Assembly: GCA_038214545.1 (NCBI GenBank)
Contig: JBBQRU010000106.1
Coordinates: 1 to 19,631 of the forward strand
DNA length: 19,631 nucleotides
Direction: 5' to 3'
From: Cyanophyceae cyanobacterium
GTDB lineage: Bacteria > Cyanobacteriota > Cyanobacteriia > Cyanobacteriales > Nostocaceae
In this document: positions 18,776 through 19,631 of the stretch, one piece after another
Numbering within the stretch: the first letter of the stretch is position 1
How the letters are laid out: every line of letters starts with the position of its first letter
The notes under the pieces: generated by a model
What the model was told of the DNA's origin: nothing
The model's database searches: none
Seen by the model: only the letters and a program-made list of their open reading frames with translations
Position numbers and translations under genes: made by a program

Positions 18776-19249
18776 TTAAGAAACAATTAGCTTTTTTCTA
18801 AAAACTATTTTATCATCACCTTCCTTGTAGTACTCTCGGATTATAGCCTCCTTTTCATAATTATTTTTCACATAAAACTCTCTCGTTTTTTCAAAGCTTG
18901 CCAGTCCAGAGGTTTCGACCAGTAGCAATCTCTGTCCACGCTCTTTCACATGGTTTTCTACATATTTGAGCATTAACGAGCCTATTCCTTTTCCTTGCTG
19001 ATTTGGCAACACGCCGATGAAATATAAGTTATATACATTTTGTGCGAAAGACTCAGGTGCATAGTATGCTGCACTTGTAACGCCGCTATCATCATTGACT
19101 ATCCAGTAATGCTCTTCTCCAAGAGTTCCGTCAAAGTAACTGTCTATCAAATCCGACATAAATTTCAGTTCATCAGTATCAAATAAATTTAAAGCGCAGA
19201 AGATCTTTGTCATTTGATCTCTATCACTTGAGATAGCAGGTCTAATCAT
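18776..19249 (-). CDS. GNAT-family N-acetyltransferase
   Basis: GNAT acetyl-CoA motif region (RLLLVETSGLASFEKTREFYVKNNY, QQGKGIGSLMLKYV). Start placed at the internal Met (MIRPAISSD); the ORF is open from 19297. Confidence 0.7.
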   Translation of the reverse strand: MIRPAISSDRDQMTKIFCALNLFDTDELKFMSDLIDSYFDGTLGEEHYWIVNDDSGVTSAAYYAPESFAQNVYNLYFIGVLPNQQGKGIGSLMLKYVENHVKERGQRLLLVETSGLASFEKTREFYVKNNYEKEAIIREYYKEGDDKIVFRKKLIVS

Positions 19250-19631
19250 AGTAGTCACAAGTTTTATTGTATTTAAAGTATAAGTCCTAATACACATTAG
19301 GTCAAAATTTTAGGCTTTACTCAAAACAGAATTGAAAAAAATTATAATCTAGTCTGAGAGAGTGCCACCTTTTTTGATTTTTTCAGCAAGCTTTAATTAT
19401 GTGCAATGGAACTATGTTAACCTTGAACTTACAAATTAGTGAAAACTTAGAAGAATCTCCACAACTAATGAGCTAGGGCTAAACTATGGAAGGGAGCAAC
19501 GCGATTTGGTGAGGTCGGGCAAAAAATAAGCGCTCGCTAAAAACCACATGAAAATAGAAGGTAATTTTTTTTACTGAATACATGCATAATTGCATGAGAA
19601 TTAACCTTTATAAGATATCTTATAAAGATTA

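Overview
This window is an HIP1-rich (GCGATCGC recurs throughout 800-17800) cyanobacterial chromosomal segment. From 5' to 3' it contains: (i) an AT-rich non-coding leader and two tandem tRNA-like genes (525-666), both with non-canonical anticodon loops, plus a T-arm-like fragment; (ii) a small antitoxin plus RelE/ParE-family toxin pair bracketed by perfect 35-bp direct repeats; (iii) an SPFH/band-7 protein with repeated N-terminal modules, a convergent SDR oxidoreductase, an APC-family permease and a copper (TPQ) amine oxidase preceded by a canonical NtcA-type promoter; (iv) a contiguous, translationally coupled eight-gene block whose products match the complete N-methylglutamate (NMG) pathway for methylamine utilisation (soxBDAG-like mgdABCD, a GS-like gmaS, and a split GltB-like mgsABC). 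Its intergenic gaps carry copies of one short dispersed repeat family, including a (TTTC)20 microsatellite and a 46-bp-stem inverted repeat; (v) an abrupt switch at ~17880 to an AT-rich, HIP1-free segment with an SDR and a GNAT acetyltransferase on the minus strand. The NMG/amine-oxidase/permease locus in a cyanobacterial background, under apparent nitrogen control, is the most notable system. No integrase, transposase or CRISPR array is present.
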